A stretch of DNA of 64,000 bases from a virus: positions 1 to 64,000 of the IMG/VR virus record IMGVR_UViG_3300028800_000081; one strand, given 5' to 3'. The position numbers and the translations under genes were made by a program. This document shows, piece after piece, positions 10,783 to 20,010 of this stretch. Within the stretch, counting starts at the first letter, position 1, and the number at the start of each line of letters is the position of its first letter. The notes beneath the pieces are model-generated. The model made no database searches. It was not told the origin of the DNA and saw only the letters and a program-made list of their open reading frames with translations.

Positions 10783-13200
10783 ATGCGTCGTCCGGTGATT
10801 CTCTTCCTAGCGGCTCTTTATGCTCTTCTCGTTGGACACGTCTCCGATGTGGCGCTCGCGCAAGGGCAGGGTCCGGCAACAATCCTTTATCCGACGACGC
10901 CTGGAAATTGCATTCAGACCGACCCTACGATGGGCGCGGGGTACCTATCCAACTCTGGCGCCCCCTGTCCGGTACTTAAGGATGCTTTTTATTATGGCGC
11001 TAAATGCGACGCAGATGCGAACGACACTGCTGCCTTTCAGGCTTACATTGATGCGGCCGGTCCTGGAGTGGTGGAAGTTCCAGCCAAGCGTACATGCGTC
11101 GTCAGTTCTCTCAATTTGCCCTCTGGGACGTATCTTCGTGGCGGCGGGATGGGGAGTTCTGTCCTTAAACTAGGATCGAACATCGGCAGTGGCGGCGCTG
11201 CTGGAATGCTGACTCTGGCGTCAGCCAGTCACGTCACGATCAGCGATCTTACACTAGATGGCAACCGCTCGACTTTCTCTAGCACAAACAACAACGCCAT
11301 CTATGGTCCGGCCTCCGGGTCCGGTCTTTCCGATATCGCCATTGATCGCGTCGAGGTCAAATCTCCGGCTGGCGCATGCGCGCTCATTCTTGGCCCCAGT
11401 TCTGCCGTGCGAGACTCGCGCATCGCGGTGCGAAGCTCCTATCTTCATGACTGCGGATACCACGGCGTCATAACGCAAGGATATGTCGATCACGTCAGCT
11501 ATTCGCACAATCAGGTTTTCAACTGGGGTGAGCTGGTAGCGAATTCCGTTGGCCTCGTTTGCGGCCGCTACGCGACGGACTGTCTTATCGACGGCAATCA
11601 GGTAAGCGGAGACCTCGTAAATGAAACGGGTCCCAGCAGCCACGGCATCAGCCTCGATAATTGCGCCAATGGCAACGTCATCAACAATTATGTGACTTCA
11701 ACAATAGGCTACGGCATCGAGGTCGGCGAGTGCTCAGGCGTCACCGTTGGCCACAACGTCATCATTGGAACTACGCGCTCCGGAATTTCAGTCGACGGAA
11801 GCGGCACGGGGTCGTCTGTCGCCGATGGTGTGACTACTGCAAACTCGACCGCCATCACGTCCGCGACGGCAAACTTCTTTCCCGGAATGAAGGGGAAGGG
11901 AATTGCGGCGTCTGGCTGTCAGGCCAATGGCGGCACAGAAGTGACATGGGTCACCGCCTTCAATAGCCCAACATCGATCAGCGTTTTTACGCCGTGTGCC
12001 AACTCTCAGACAGGCGTCACGCTGACGTGGCCGGCAACAAATTCGAATGTCACTGTGGTCGGGAATTCCTTGCAGTCCGCCGGAACGCTGGCGCCTTCTG
12101 CGGCAGTGTATTCCGTGATCAACGGCCCAGTCAGCAAGTATGTGAATGCGACCGACGTTACGTGCACCAGCGGATCGACAACGATCGCTTCGCCAACCGT
12201 CCCATTTGCCTCATGGATGGTGGGACAGGGTGGCACGTTCACCGGCTGCGCAGCCGGGCCGGGAACGCTAACCGCAGTCATAGCGGCGATCATCGACGCT
12301 CATGACGTAAGGATTTCAAAGGCCGCCACAGCGACGAACTCGGGCGGCTCGACCATGAACATCAGCACACCTTATAGTTTGAACAATCGAGTCTCAATTG
12401 TTGGGAATGTTGAAAGCGCCGCTGCTGGACTCGGGTACTTTATAAACAACGCCGAGTATGTGACACTGCAGGGCAACGTTGCGATGGACAACCCGCAATC
12501 TGGGATTGAATTGGCGAACTCCAACTATGTTTCCGTTGCCTCCAACACGGCGGAGTTGAACAACACATCCTTGACTGCCGGGCAAGCAGGCATTGTGGCG
12601 TTGATGACAACCTCCATCGGAAGCGTTTTGACGGCGTATGGCAATCAATCTCTGGCGAACGGAGATGGGACTGGAGGAGCGGCGGACGAGATATACGATC
12701 TCGACAGTTTGCCTTCGAATTTCAACTTCGACCCCATCCAGATCGCCAACTCCTTGATTCCTAATACGCCCAATACTGGCGCGTTGGGCACCACTAGCAA
12801 TCCTTGGTCATTGGTTATCGCCGGCACGAATGCGAGTGCTGCAGTTCCGCAAGGCGCTCGCAGGGCGTCAACGATATTCGTGGACTCGGCACTTTCTCCG
12901 ATCACGTTGGCAACGGCGAGCAACGCTTCGCTTGGCGCGTATGGAAGTCTCGTTCCTCTTGGAGAATTTGTTATCTACGACGTCAACGGGGCGTTCTGTA
13001 AATTCTTTCTTCGTGGTCCGTCAAACGCAACAATCAAAGAGTATGATGCGGGCACCGACGGCGGGTGCTCTGTGACAAAAGGTAACGCGAGTACGACAAA
13101 CGTCTATTATGATGCGGCCGGATCTTCTGGAGCGGGATATTACATCGAAAATCAAATCGGCTCGACGCGAACGTATTATGTCATCACGCAGGGGACCTGA
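10783..13200 (+). CDS. Pectate-lyase-superfamily right-handed beta-helix depolymerase/tailspike-like protein with a Sec signal
   Basis: YGAKCDADANDTAAFQAYID; parallel beta-helix repeats; hydrophobic N-terminus ending ALA|Q. Confidence 0.8.
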   Translation: MRRPVILFLAALYALLVGHVSDVALAQGQGPATILYPTTPGNCIQTDPTMGAGYLSNSGAPCPVLKDAFYYGAKCDADANDTAAFQAYIDAAGPGVVEVPAKRTCVVSSLNLPSGTYLRGGGMGSSVLKLGSNIGSGGAAGMLTLASASHVTISDLTLDGNRSTFSSTNNNAIYGPASGSGLSDIAIDRVEVKSPAGACALILGPSSAVRDSRIAVRSSYLHDCGYHGVITQGYVDHVSYSHNQVFNWGELVANSVGLVCGRYATDCLIDGNQVSGDLVNETGPSSHGISLDNCANGNVINNYVTSTIGYGIEVGECSGVTVGHNVIIGTTRSGISVDGSGTGSSVADGVTTANSTAITSATANFFPGMKGKGIAASGCQANGGTEVTWVTAFNSPTSISVFTPCANSQTGVTLTWPATNSNVTVVGNSLQSAGTLAPSAAVYSVINGPVSKYVNATDVTCTSGSTTIASPTVPFASWMVGQGGTFTGCAAGPGTLTAVIAAIIDAHDVRISKAATATNSGGSTMNISTPYSLNNRVSIVGNVESAAAGLGYFINNAEYVTLQGNVAMDNPQSGIELANSNYVSVASNTAELNNTSLTAGQAGIVALMTTSIGSVLTAYGNQSLANGDGTGGAADEIYDLDSLPSNFNFDPIQIANSLIPNTPNTGALGTTSNPWSLVIAGTNASAAVPQGARRASTIFVDSALSPITLATASNASLGAYGSLVPLGEFVIYDVNGAFCKFFLRGPSNATIKEYDAGTDGGCSVTKGNASTTNVYYDAAGSSGAGYYIENQIGSTRTYYVITQGT

Positions 13201-13314
13201 TGATGCGGTCCAGTAAGGAGCGCAGAGAGACATGAGGGGATGGTGGATTGTGCCGTGCGTTATTGGCGGCGCTGGAATGTGGGCGCTTGCAATCATGGCT
13301 GCGATGGGAGCGCT

Positions 13315-13950
13315 ATGATGGTCACAATGTTGAAGCCTATCACACCCGGCATTCTCTCCGTCTTGGTCAAGGGCGGCGACATCCATCTGCTCGCCGATCT
13401 CGCGCCGGAACTTGAAGCGCAGCTCGCGCCAGCCGGGATCGACACGCTGCTCCGCAAGGCTCACTTTCTGGCGCAAGCGGCTTACGAGAGCGGCTACTTT
13501 TCGCGACTTGACGAGAACCTCAATTATTCGGCTGCGCACATCGTCGAACTCTACGGCAAGACTCATCCCGACGTGGCACGGCGCGCGAATGTGCTGGCCC
13601 ATGATCCAAAGGCGTTCGGAAGCGCCATCTATGCCAACCGGTTCGGGAACGGCAATGAGGCGAGCGGAGACGGGTATCGGTTCCGCGGGCGCGGCATTCT
13701 GATGACAACTTTCCGCGACAACTATCGCGCGCAAGGCGTGGAGGACGACCCCGATTCCGTCGCCACGCCGGCGGGCGCGGTCAAGACGGCAATCGCCTAC
13801 TGGAATTCGCGCAAGTGCAACGAGGCGGCCGACGCCGACAACTGCCCGCGCGTGACGTTCCTGATCAACGGCGGGTCGAACGGCCTCTCGGATCGATCTA
13901 TCCTGAAGGCGCGGGCGATGGAATTGCTTGCAGACGGACAGAGCACATGA
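13315..13950 (+). CDS. GH19 endolysin
   Basis: AHFLAQAAYES, ENLNYS, GDGYRFRGRG, INGGSNGLSDR. Confidence 0.9.
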   Translation: MMVTMLKPITPGILSVLVKGGDIHLLADLAPELEAQLAPAGIDTLLRKAHFLAQAAYESGYFSRLDENLNYSAAHIVELYGKTHPDVARRANVLAHDPKAFGSAIYANRFGNGNEASGDGYRFRGRGILMTTFRDNYRAQGVEDDPDSVATPAGAVKTAIAYWNSRKCNEAADADNCPRVTFLINGGSNGLSDRSILKARAMELLADGQST

Positions 13951-14084
13951 AACGCACATTTGCCGCCCTATGCCTGGCGCTCACAGCCTGTACCGGTGCC
14001 GTCACGCCTTCGATTCGTGTCGGCGATGGTCGTGCATCGTGGCACGGCTTCTTGCGTCACGGCGAATGGGAAGTGTGCAAATGA
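13947..14084 (+). CDS. Small putative lipoprotein
   Basis: MKRTFAALCLALTAC lipobox; ATGA overlap with the endolysin stop. Confidence 0.5.
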   Translation: MKRTFAALCLALTACTGAVTPSIRVGDGRASWHGFLRHGEWEVCK

Positions 14085-14470
14085 CGCGCGCGCCCGCAAT
14101 TTTCGCCGCCCTCACTCTCTCCGCATGCGCCAACATCTCCACTGTAGTCCCCTACGCGCCCCAGCCAGAGATCAAGGACCAGGCGGCGTTCAATGCCGAC
14201 CTTGCCACCTGCAGGGGATACGCGACAGGCTATCAGCCGGGGTTCTCCGTATCGAGCATCGGAAACGCGGGGCTGCAGGGCGGGCTCGGCAATCTCGGCG
14301 GCGTTGCGATCAATCCGCTCGTGCCCGTGGCCGGGGCGGCGGGCGGAGGCGGGGCAGAGTTCATGCGCGAGCTCGGGCTGTTGAACGACGCTCAACGGAA
14401 AGTGTTGACGCTGTGCATGGACAAAAAAGGCACTGCGAGCGGCAAATATATGATATTGGATCCCGGCTAG
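14081..14470 (+). CDS. Lipoprotein with a glycine zipper
   Basis: LSAC lipobox; GLQGGLG...GAAGGGGA. Confidence 0.65.
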   Translation: MTRAPAIFAALTLSACANISTVVPYAPQPEIKDQAAFNADLATCRGYATGYQPGFSVSSIGNAGLQGGLGNLGGVAINPLVPVAGAAGGGGAEFMRELGLLNDAQRKVLTLCMDKKGTASGKYMILDPG

Positions 14471-14663
14471 CGGGTCGGCGCGCGCTTCTCCAGTCGGTAG
14501 AAGATGGCTCGGCAAAGCGGGGCTCGCTGGCCGCCCCATCTGGGGCACGTTCGCAATCCGGCCATCGAGCAAGAATCCCTTTCCGGAGACTGCCCTTCGC
14601 CCAGGATTCGAACGTGCGCCACGTGCGGCGATCTTGCCGCGCGAACCCGGAAAGGCTTTCACC

Positions 14664-15044
14664 ATGTCACAAGCAGGAACATCACCCCCGGCAGTCGTTA
14701 CGCCGGACTTCTTCAGCCAGGTTTGGGCCGACGCCGACGCGCTGGCCGTCAAGGTATGGGACGAGATCAAGACCGATGCGGTCGAGGTCGCGCAGGTCGC
14801 CTATGCGGACTTCAAGGACATTCTGAGCGTCGGGCTTCCGCTCGCCATTCAGGCGGTCGCGGCGCAGGTGCCTGGGATCATTGCAGGCACGGAAAAGTTC
14901 GGTAATGCCGCGACGAGCGTCGGACAGCAGCTCGAGGCGCAACTCGGCCCTGTCGCATGGAACGACGTGCAGACCGTGACCCAGCTCGCCTATAACAAGC
15001 TCATGGGCATTGCCGGCGGCGCGCCCGGTCCGGCACCGAAATAA
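14664..15044 (+). CDS. Hypothetical lysis-region helical protein
   Basis: AAAGG SD; 126 aa. Confidence 0.6.
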   Translation: MSQAGTSPPAVVTPDFFSQVWADADALAVKVWDEIKTDAVEVAQVAYADFKDILSVGLPLAIQAVAAQVPGIIAGTEKFGNAATSVGQQLEAQLGPVAWNDVQTVTQLAYNKLMGIAGGAPGPAPK

Positions 15045-15149
15045 ACCCTATCGCGACGGTCCACCCCTGCCGATCGCGACGTGCCGGGCCGTGCGTAGTG
15101 CCCTCGGGTTTTAAATGCGTACGGCCCGGAACCCTTAAGGAGAATGTGA

Positions 15150-15572
15150 ATGACCGGAATCGATCTTTCGCCTCTCGCTGGCGTCGCCAATCTGGCGATT
15201 ACCACGTTCACAACCGTGGCAACGGCGGCAATCCCCATCGCTGGATTCTATTGCATCCAATGGTTGAGAGCACATGCGGCGCAAACCAGGCAGGCAACGC
15301 AGGTCGCTGCGGCTCCGCAGGTCGACAACGCGATCCAGAAGGGCTTTTCCTATTCTCAGCAGCAGGGCATTGACCCCATCGCCGGCGCGGTCGACTACGC
15401 GATCAAACAGGTGCCGCAACAGCTCAAGACGCTCGGCTTTGACCCGGCTACCGAAGACGGCAAAGCCGCTGTTACCCGCATGGTGACGGCGCGGCTTGTC
15501 CCGGCACCGACGCCGCCGGCAACGCTGGACCTGAATGTCACGACGGCGAAAGACACTTCGACCAAGAGGTAA
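15150..15572 (+). CDS. Holin candidate with an N-terminal TM segment
   Basis: AAGGAG SD; hydrophobic N-terminus followed by an amphipathic domain. Confidence 0.55.
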   Translation: MTGIDLSPLAGVANLAITTFTTVATAAIPIAGFYCIQWLRAHAAQTRQATQVAAAPQVDNAIQKGFSYSQQQGIDPIAGAVDYAIKQVPQQLKTLGFDPATEDGKAAVTRMVTARLVPAPTPPATLDLNVTTAKDTSTKR

Positions 15573-15576
15573 GCCC

Positions 15577-15876
15577 ATGCGCACACTGATCGACGTTTGC
15601 AAACATTTGGCGATGCTGGCCGGATACGGCGAAGGCGATGCGGCGGACATTGCGGATAAGCTGCACAAGGCGGCGGCGCTCGAGCATCAGCAGAGGCACG
15701 CGGAATCAGAGGCGCATATTAAGGCGCTTGAAAGCAGCCTGACTGCGCACGTTGAAGTCTCAGAGCCCGTTACTGACGTTTACAAATCGCTCAACGTCAA
15801 GCGTCCGCGCAAGGCTAAGAAGAAGCCCGTCTCCAAACCCAAGCCCCGCGCCAAGCGTAAGAAGGCGAGGAAGTGA
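15577..15876 (+). CDS. Hypothetical protein with a basic tail
   Basis: GAGG SD; operon packing. Confidence 0.5.
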   Translation: MRTLIDVCKHLAMLAGYGEGDAADIADKLHKAAALEHQQRHAESEAHIKALESSLTAHVEVSEPVTDVYKSLNVKRPRKAKKKPVSKPKPRAKRKKARK

Positions 15877-16139
15877 TGGCAACAACCCGCACACAACTTC
15901 TCGGATGGATCGAACATTGCGAGCGAGAGCATCCTGGAAAGGGGACGCATATTCCTGTCTGGCTTTGCTCTATGCACGCAGTACATGAGGCCGTCGCCGA
16001 TGGCGATGTAAAGGAAATTGGAAAGCAACCGTTTCGCAGCACGGAATCGTTCGTTATTTACGGCCTTACGGAACAAGGGCGGTGCAAATTCTATGCGTCG
16101 CTTCCGGTCTTAACCGAACAAACCGCAAAGGTCGCGTGA
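15876..16139 (+). CDS. Hypothetical protein
   Basis: Start overlaps the upstream stop; GAGG SD. Confidence 0.5.
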   Translation: MATTRTQLLGWIEHCEREHPGKGTHIPVWLCSMHAVHEAVADGDVKEIGKQPFRSTESFVIYGLTEQGRCKFYASLPVLTEQTAKVA

Positions 16140-16140
16140 C

Positions 16141-16359
16141 GTGTCATGGCTCTCCTACATATGGGCTGCGATCAAGGCGATATTCAGCGGCTATGTCGGG
16201 GCGAAGCAGCAAGTCGGGGTGGATCAAGGCCGTGCCGAAGCCGAGCGTGACATGAGCGTAGCATCTGCAAAGACCGAATCGCGTGTCGCACAAGCCGAAG
16301 TAGACGCTCCCCATAGCATTACTGAGGCGGAGAGGAGGGCGGAAGATGGGACGCTGTGA
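16141..16359 (+). CDS. i-spanin (Rz-like) candidate
   Basis: N-terminal hydrophobic segment plus short coiled coil; stop overlaps the GTG of the downstream lipoprotein. Confidence 0.55.
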   Translation: MSWLSYIWAAIKAIFSGYVGAKQQVGVDQGRAEAERDMSVASAKTESRVAQAEVDAPHSITEAERRAEDGTL

Positions 16360-16720
16360 GGAAATTTGCTGCGGGCCGGGCTCGAAACCGGCTGTCCCTT
16401 TTGGGGGTGAATTGGGTACTGGGTCTCCGCCAGCAAGGCGGTACATACGTTCCCCAACGGACGGCGACCATTTCCGTGCTTCCTTCAGCACCGCCGCAGC
16501 CCTCGCACTATGCGCCCTCACAGCCTGCTCTACAAGCCCGCCAGTGCCTCCGGTTCAAACGGTATGCCTGCCAATGGCGACCTACTCCCAAGCCGCACAG
16601 ACCGCCCTAGCGAAGGAATGGCGCGCTCTCGACCCCAACAGTCTGACGGCGAGCCGGTTCATTCCTGATTCGATCGCATTGAGGGACAGCAACCGCGCCG
16701 CATGTGGGGCCAAACCGTGA
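16356..16720 (+). CDS. o-spanin (Rz1-like) lipoprotein interrupted by a 125-nt structured insert, or read from ATG 16346 with an extended N-terminus
   Basis: ALALCALTA|CSTSPPVPP lipobox, Pro-rich segment and later cysteines; the MRKF start lies in another frame. Confidence 0.6.
16367..16500 (-). ncRNA. tRNA-like RNA with an enlarged central arm
   Basis: Acceptor GCTGCGG/CCGCAGC-A; D-like arm GTGC-TGAAGGAA-GCAC; T-like arm GCCGG-TTTCGAGC-CCGGC. Confidence 0.6.
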
Positions 16721-16995
16721 CCGCTCGAAAATCTCACAAAGCCTATGACGAGCCAGAGGCAGGGGAATGGGTACGCCCTATCCATAAAGGATACAAACTA
16801 GCGTGTTGCTCGTGCGGGCTCGTTCACAAGATGGACTTTCGTATCGTTCGTGGAAGGGTGCAATTTCGAGTATTCAGCGCGCCTCGGGAAACGGCGGCGA
16901 TACGCAGACGGCCCCACAAGTTCATCCCCAGAGATGTTGCTGAGCAACTGGCCAGCCAGATTCTTCTGATGGAAAAGCGGGCGGCGAAATCATGA
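16717..16995 (+). CDS. Putative Zn-binding phage protein
   Basis: ACCSCGLVH motif; GTGA overlap. Confidence 0.55.
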   Translation: MTARKSHKAYDEPEAGEWVRPIHKGYKLACCSCGLVHKMDFRIVRGRVQFRVFSAPRETAAIRRRPHKFIPRDVAEQLASQILLMEKRAAKS

Positions 16996-17174
16996 AATGG
17001 CCCATGACTCCGAATATTTTCGTAGCCTCAGACGATTTTTGTACGATCTCGAAGGCGACGACGCTCAGCGCAAGGTGCCGCGAAAGCCGAACGGTGAGCT
17101 TCTCTATCCGAGGCGGGAGAGGCTGATTCGCATGTCGCTGGCTTGGCAGAAAAGATATGGGCGGGCGGTGTGAC

Positions 17175-17645
17175 GTGGATAAGACGGCCACAGATTGGAC
17201 GTTTGCCACGCTATTTCATCACGTCGATGAGCGGCTTAACGCGCTCAATGCCAAGATCGACGAACGCGACCGACTTTATTCCGATCTCCGCTCAGCCGAC
17301 AAGGACGCCATCGAAACGGCCTTTCAGGCTCAGAAGGAAGCGATTGCCGCCGCTCTTGCTTCCGCAGATCGTGCCGTCGCCAAGTCTGAGAGCGCGAACG
17401 ACAAGCGGTTCGACGGCGTTAACGAGTTTCGATCCAGTCTCAGCGACGCGGCTTCCAGGATGATGCCGCGCACGGAAACCGAAGCATTGATCCGAGCCCT
17501 GACCGAGAAGATTGCGGAGACGAATTCGCGGCTTGACCGTTCCGAGGGGCACGGCGGCGGGGTGCGGGATACGTTCAACTGGCTCACGGCATTACCTTGG
17601 GTGGCGATAGCGGGGCTACTGCTTTGGATCGCTAGGGGGCACTGA
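17175..17645 (+). CDS. Coiled-coil protein with a C-terminal TM segment
   Basis: Heptad repeats followed by LPWVAIAGLLLWIA. Confidence 0.65.
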   Translation: MDKTATDWTFATLFHHVDERLNALNAKIDERDRLYSDLRSADKDAIETAFQAQKEAIAAALASADRAVAKSESANDKRFDGVNEFRSSLSDAASRMMPRTETEALIRALTEKIAETNSRLDRSEGHGGGVRDTFNWLTALPWVAIAGLLLWIARGH

Positions 17646-18026
17646 ATGAGCGAAGAAACCATAGACCATGAAGCCCGAGGAGGGATAGCCCGTCTGGAGC
17701 AAAAGATCGACGGCGTGCGTTCCTACTTCGATGACAAGCTCAATACATGGACGCAGGGCTACGATGCGCGGCTTACCGGAGGGCTGGCTACCGTCCGGGA
17801 CAATGACGTGCGCAACTCTGCCGGCATGATCGCCATGGAAGGGCGGCTCAATACGAAGATTTCCGAGACTGAAGGCCGCATGATAATCGCGATCAATGAA
17901 GTGAAAGCGGCTGTGTCTAGCGGAAGCACTCGCTTCTGGGATACGTCCACGAAGATTATTCTTTCCTTGGTCGCTGCTATTTTCTCCATTGCCATGCTAT
18001 ACGTGACGCTTGGGAGGCATCCGTGA
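17646..18026 (+). CDS. Coiled-coil protein with a C-terminal TM segment
   Basis: IILSLVAAIFSIAMLYVTL at the C-terminus. Confidence 0.65.
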   Translation: MSEETIDHEARGGIARLEQKIDGVRSYFDDKLNTWTQGYDARLTGGLATVRDNDVRNSAGMIAMEGRLNTKISETEGRMIIAINEVKAAVSSGSTRFWDTSTKIILSLVAAIFSIAMLYVTLGRHP

Positions 18027-18355
18027 GCGACAAGGGCATGACCGCAGAAGGGGCATCGGCCATTAGCAACGTCCAGCTTGTCTTGCCGCCTGAGAGCGCC
18101 AAGAGTCTATTCAACATGCTCATTGCGTCCATGGTTTTCTCGGCTATGGCGTGCCTTCTGGCAGTTGGATCGATTACCTATTCGATAGCGAGAGTGAACG
18201 GACTGAGCGACGAAGTTGGCGCATACAAAACCGACGCAAAGCTGGCGCAATATGACGCGAGCGAGCTTCGCGATACGATCATCCAAGATGGTATCAAAGT
18301 GCCGCTTAGCGCGGCGGAACAGGCCGATGCGGCCAAACTCAGGAGAAAGCCATGA
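18023..18355 (+). CDS. Membrane protein
   Basis: Central TM segment; GGAGG SD. Confidence 0.6.
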   Translation: MSDKGMTAEGASAISNVQLVLPPESAKSLFNMLIASMVFSAMACLLAVGSITYSIARVNGLSDEVGAYKTDAKLAQYDASELRDTIIQDGIKVPLSAAEQADAAKLRRKP

Positions 18356-18546
18356 CCAAGCACACTCACCCCCCCGATGGCGGTAGCGTTATAATCATAA
18401 CTGGCCAGAAAGCACCGGGCGATCTCGTAAGCGAAAATCTCTCGTGCGCCGAACTCGGAACGATCATCAATTCGATCCCTGCCAATTCCGCGAACGCCGC
18501 GCTGATTGCGAAGCTGACCGCTGTGCAAAGTGCAGCAGGCTGCTAA
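18352..18546 (+). CDS. Hypothetical protein
   Basis: AGGAG SD; overlaps the upstream stop. Confidence 0.55.
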   Translation: MTKHTHPPDGGSVIIITGQKAPGDLVSENLSCAELGTIINSIPANSANAALIAKLTAVQSAAGC

Positions 18547-18876
18547 ATGCCTCCCGCTCTGAAACGTATCGGAGAGGTAGCGGCCACCGTCATGGCGATT
18601 GGTGGCCTGCTATCGGGCTTCGTGTGGATCATGGGAGGCTCTGTCCCTCCGTGGGTGACTACCGCTGCAGGACAATCAATTCTCCAGCGGCTCGACCATG
18701 AGGACGCCTTCCAGAACTCGATTGCGCTGGAAGTTCTGGACGAGAAGCTCGACCACGCTTGGGAGCGTCACAGAGCGCACATAGACGATCCGGGAGCGGT
18801 GGACGATATCCGAAGGCTCAATCGCGAGATCAAAAAAATCGACCCGACAGAGACGCTCGCGCCGCCTCCTGATTAG
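18547..18876 (+). CDS. Membrane protein
   Basis: N-terminal TM segment; abuts the previous stop. Confidence 0.6.
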   Translation: MPPALKRIGEVAATVMAIGGLLSGFVWIMGGSVPPWVTTAAGQSILQRLDHEDAFQNSIALEVLDEKLDHAWERHRAHIDDPGAVDDIRRLNREIKKIDPTETLAPPPD

Positions 18877-18952
18877 TCCGCCGTTCCGTATCTGCCTCAG
18901 GATGGACCATAATCACACTTGCCACCGCCATGGCTGCGGGGTAGAGTTGCGT

Positions 18953-19229
18953 GCTGCGGCGGCGTTGGAAGCCATCACACCGAGGGAAACTGTCGCGGGT
19001 GGCAACGGACGAAACGCTGGCCTTGATCCGCAAGTAGCCGAAGCCGCTGTAATGCGGCACCGTGAGGGTTATCGCTTCGAAGGCGCAAGTATCGGCTGTT
19101 AGGAAAGTCGCCTACGGCGTCGGATTGCCTCGAAGATGAAAGTCCCGCAGGCGAAGTCGGGTAGCGACAAACGGTGGAGCGGTCTAGAACGCCCTTCCGT
19201 CAGCCAGAGGTGGCGGCTGGCCCGCAGCG
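18953..19229 (+). ncRNA. Large tRNA-like structured RNA
   Basis: GCTGCGG...CCGCAGC terminal stem with GCCAG/CTGGC hairpin stacked on it; multi-hairpin interior. Confidence 0.55.
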
Positions 19230-19309
19230 TCGGGAAGTATCAGGTTGACGTAGCATGAGCGATTCGAATACTAAATCTGGTGACAGGCCGTCACCGCTAG
19301 AAATCGAAG

Positions 19310-19996
19310 TCACCCCCGAGATGATCGCCGCCGGGAGCGATGCCGTTTGGTCCCCGCTTGGCGGCTCTGACTTGCATCCTTCTTTTGACCCGGACGCTCT
19401 GGCCAAGCGGGTCTATCTGGCAATGGCTGCAGTTGCGTCCCTTTCCAAAACAAATCGACGACGCGGGCGATAGTCACGGCGTGCTTGTGCAGCGCGGCGG
19501 CACGCTCCCGATAAACGCGGAACTCTTTTAGGAGATTTGCCCTTTTTAAGGACTTCGCCAACGGATTGCCAAAAATGTCTTTCGCGACAAACTCTCCGGG
19601 GTCGCCAACCAAAAACGCAACTGGCGAGTGTGCCGCTGCATCGCGACGCGGCCCCAATTTGTCGGCGCTATCCACAAGCCAAAGAATATCGGCCCACAAA
19701 GCAGTCGCAAATTTGCTCGCGTTTGGGTTTTTTACGCCGCCCTCGTGGATTGAATGTTCCGGGTTGAACATGAAGGACGCCAACTCGCGCAACATATTCC
19801 GCTGAAACCTATCGTTCGGAATAGCGTGCCAGATCGCGCGGCCCAAATCATGATTGCTATGGCAAACCAATGACGCGAAAAGAGAGCCAAGCCGCTCTTG
19901 AAGCTGATTCCATTCTCGAAGCAGAAACCCGATTTCAAGCGCGTATGGCCGAAACGCCTTGTCCCATTCCTGCTCTGGCAGAATCTCGTCCGTCAC
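19310..19996 (-). CDS. IS passenger, helical hypothetical protein (possibly HEPN-like)
   Basis: 228 aa; RDAAAH fits an Rx4H motif. Confidence 0.55.
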   Translation of the reverse strand: MTDEILPEQEWDKAFRPYALEIGFLLREWNQLQERLGSLFASLVCHSNHDLGRAIWHAIPNDRFQRNMLRELASFMFNPEHSIHEGGVKNPNASKFATALWADILWLVDSADKLGPRRDAAAHSPVAFLVGDPGEFVAKDIFGNPLAKSLKRANLLKEFRVYRERAAALHKHAVTIARVVDLFWKGTQLQPLPDRPAWPERPGQKKDASQSRQAGTKRHRSRRRSSRG

Positions 19997-20010
19997 GATA
20001 CAATCCCCCC

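Noticed and set aside
16367-16500. Canonical tRNA gene
   Set aside because: No definable 7-nt anticodon loop, C at position 8, 8-nt T-loop; kept only as tRNA-like
18980-19200. Group I intron or tmRNA inside the large RNA
   Set aside because: GATCCGCAAG and GAAGATGAAAGTCC resemble Q and S elements, but no convincing P7 partner was found; there is no tmRNA-type G-U acceptor pair or tag frame
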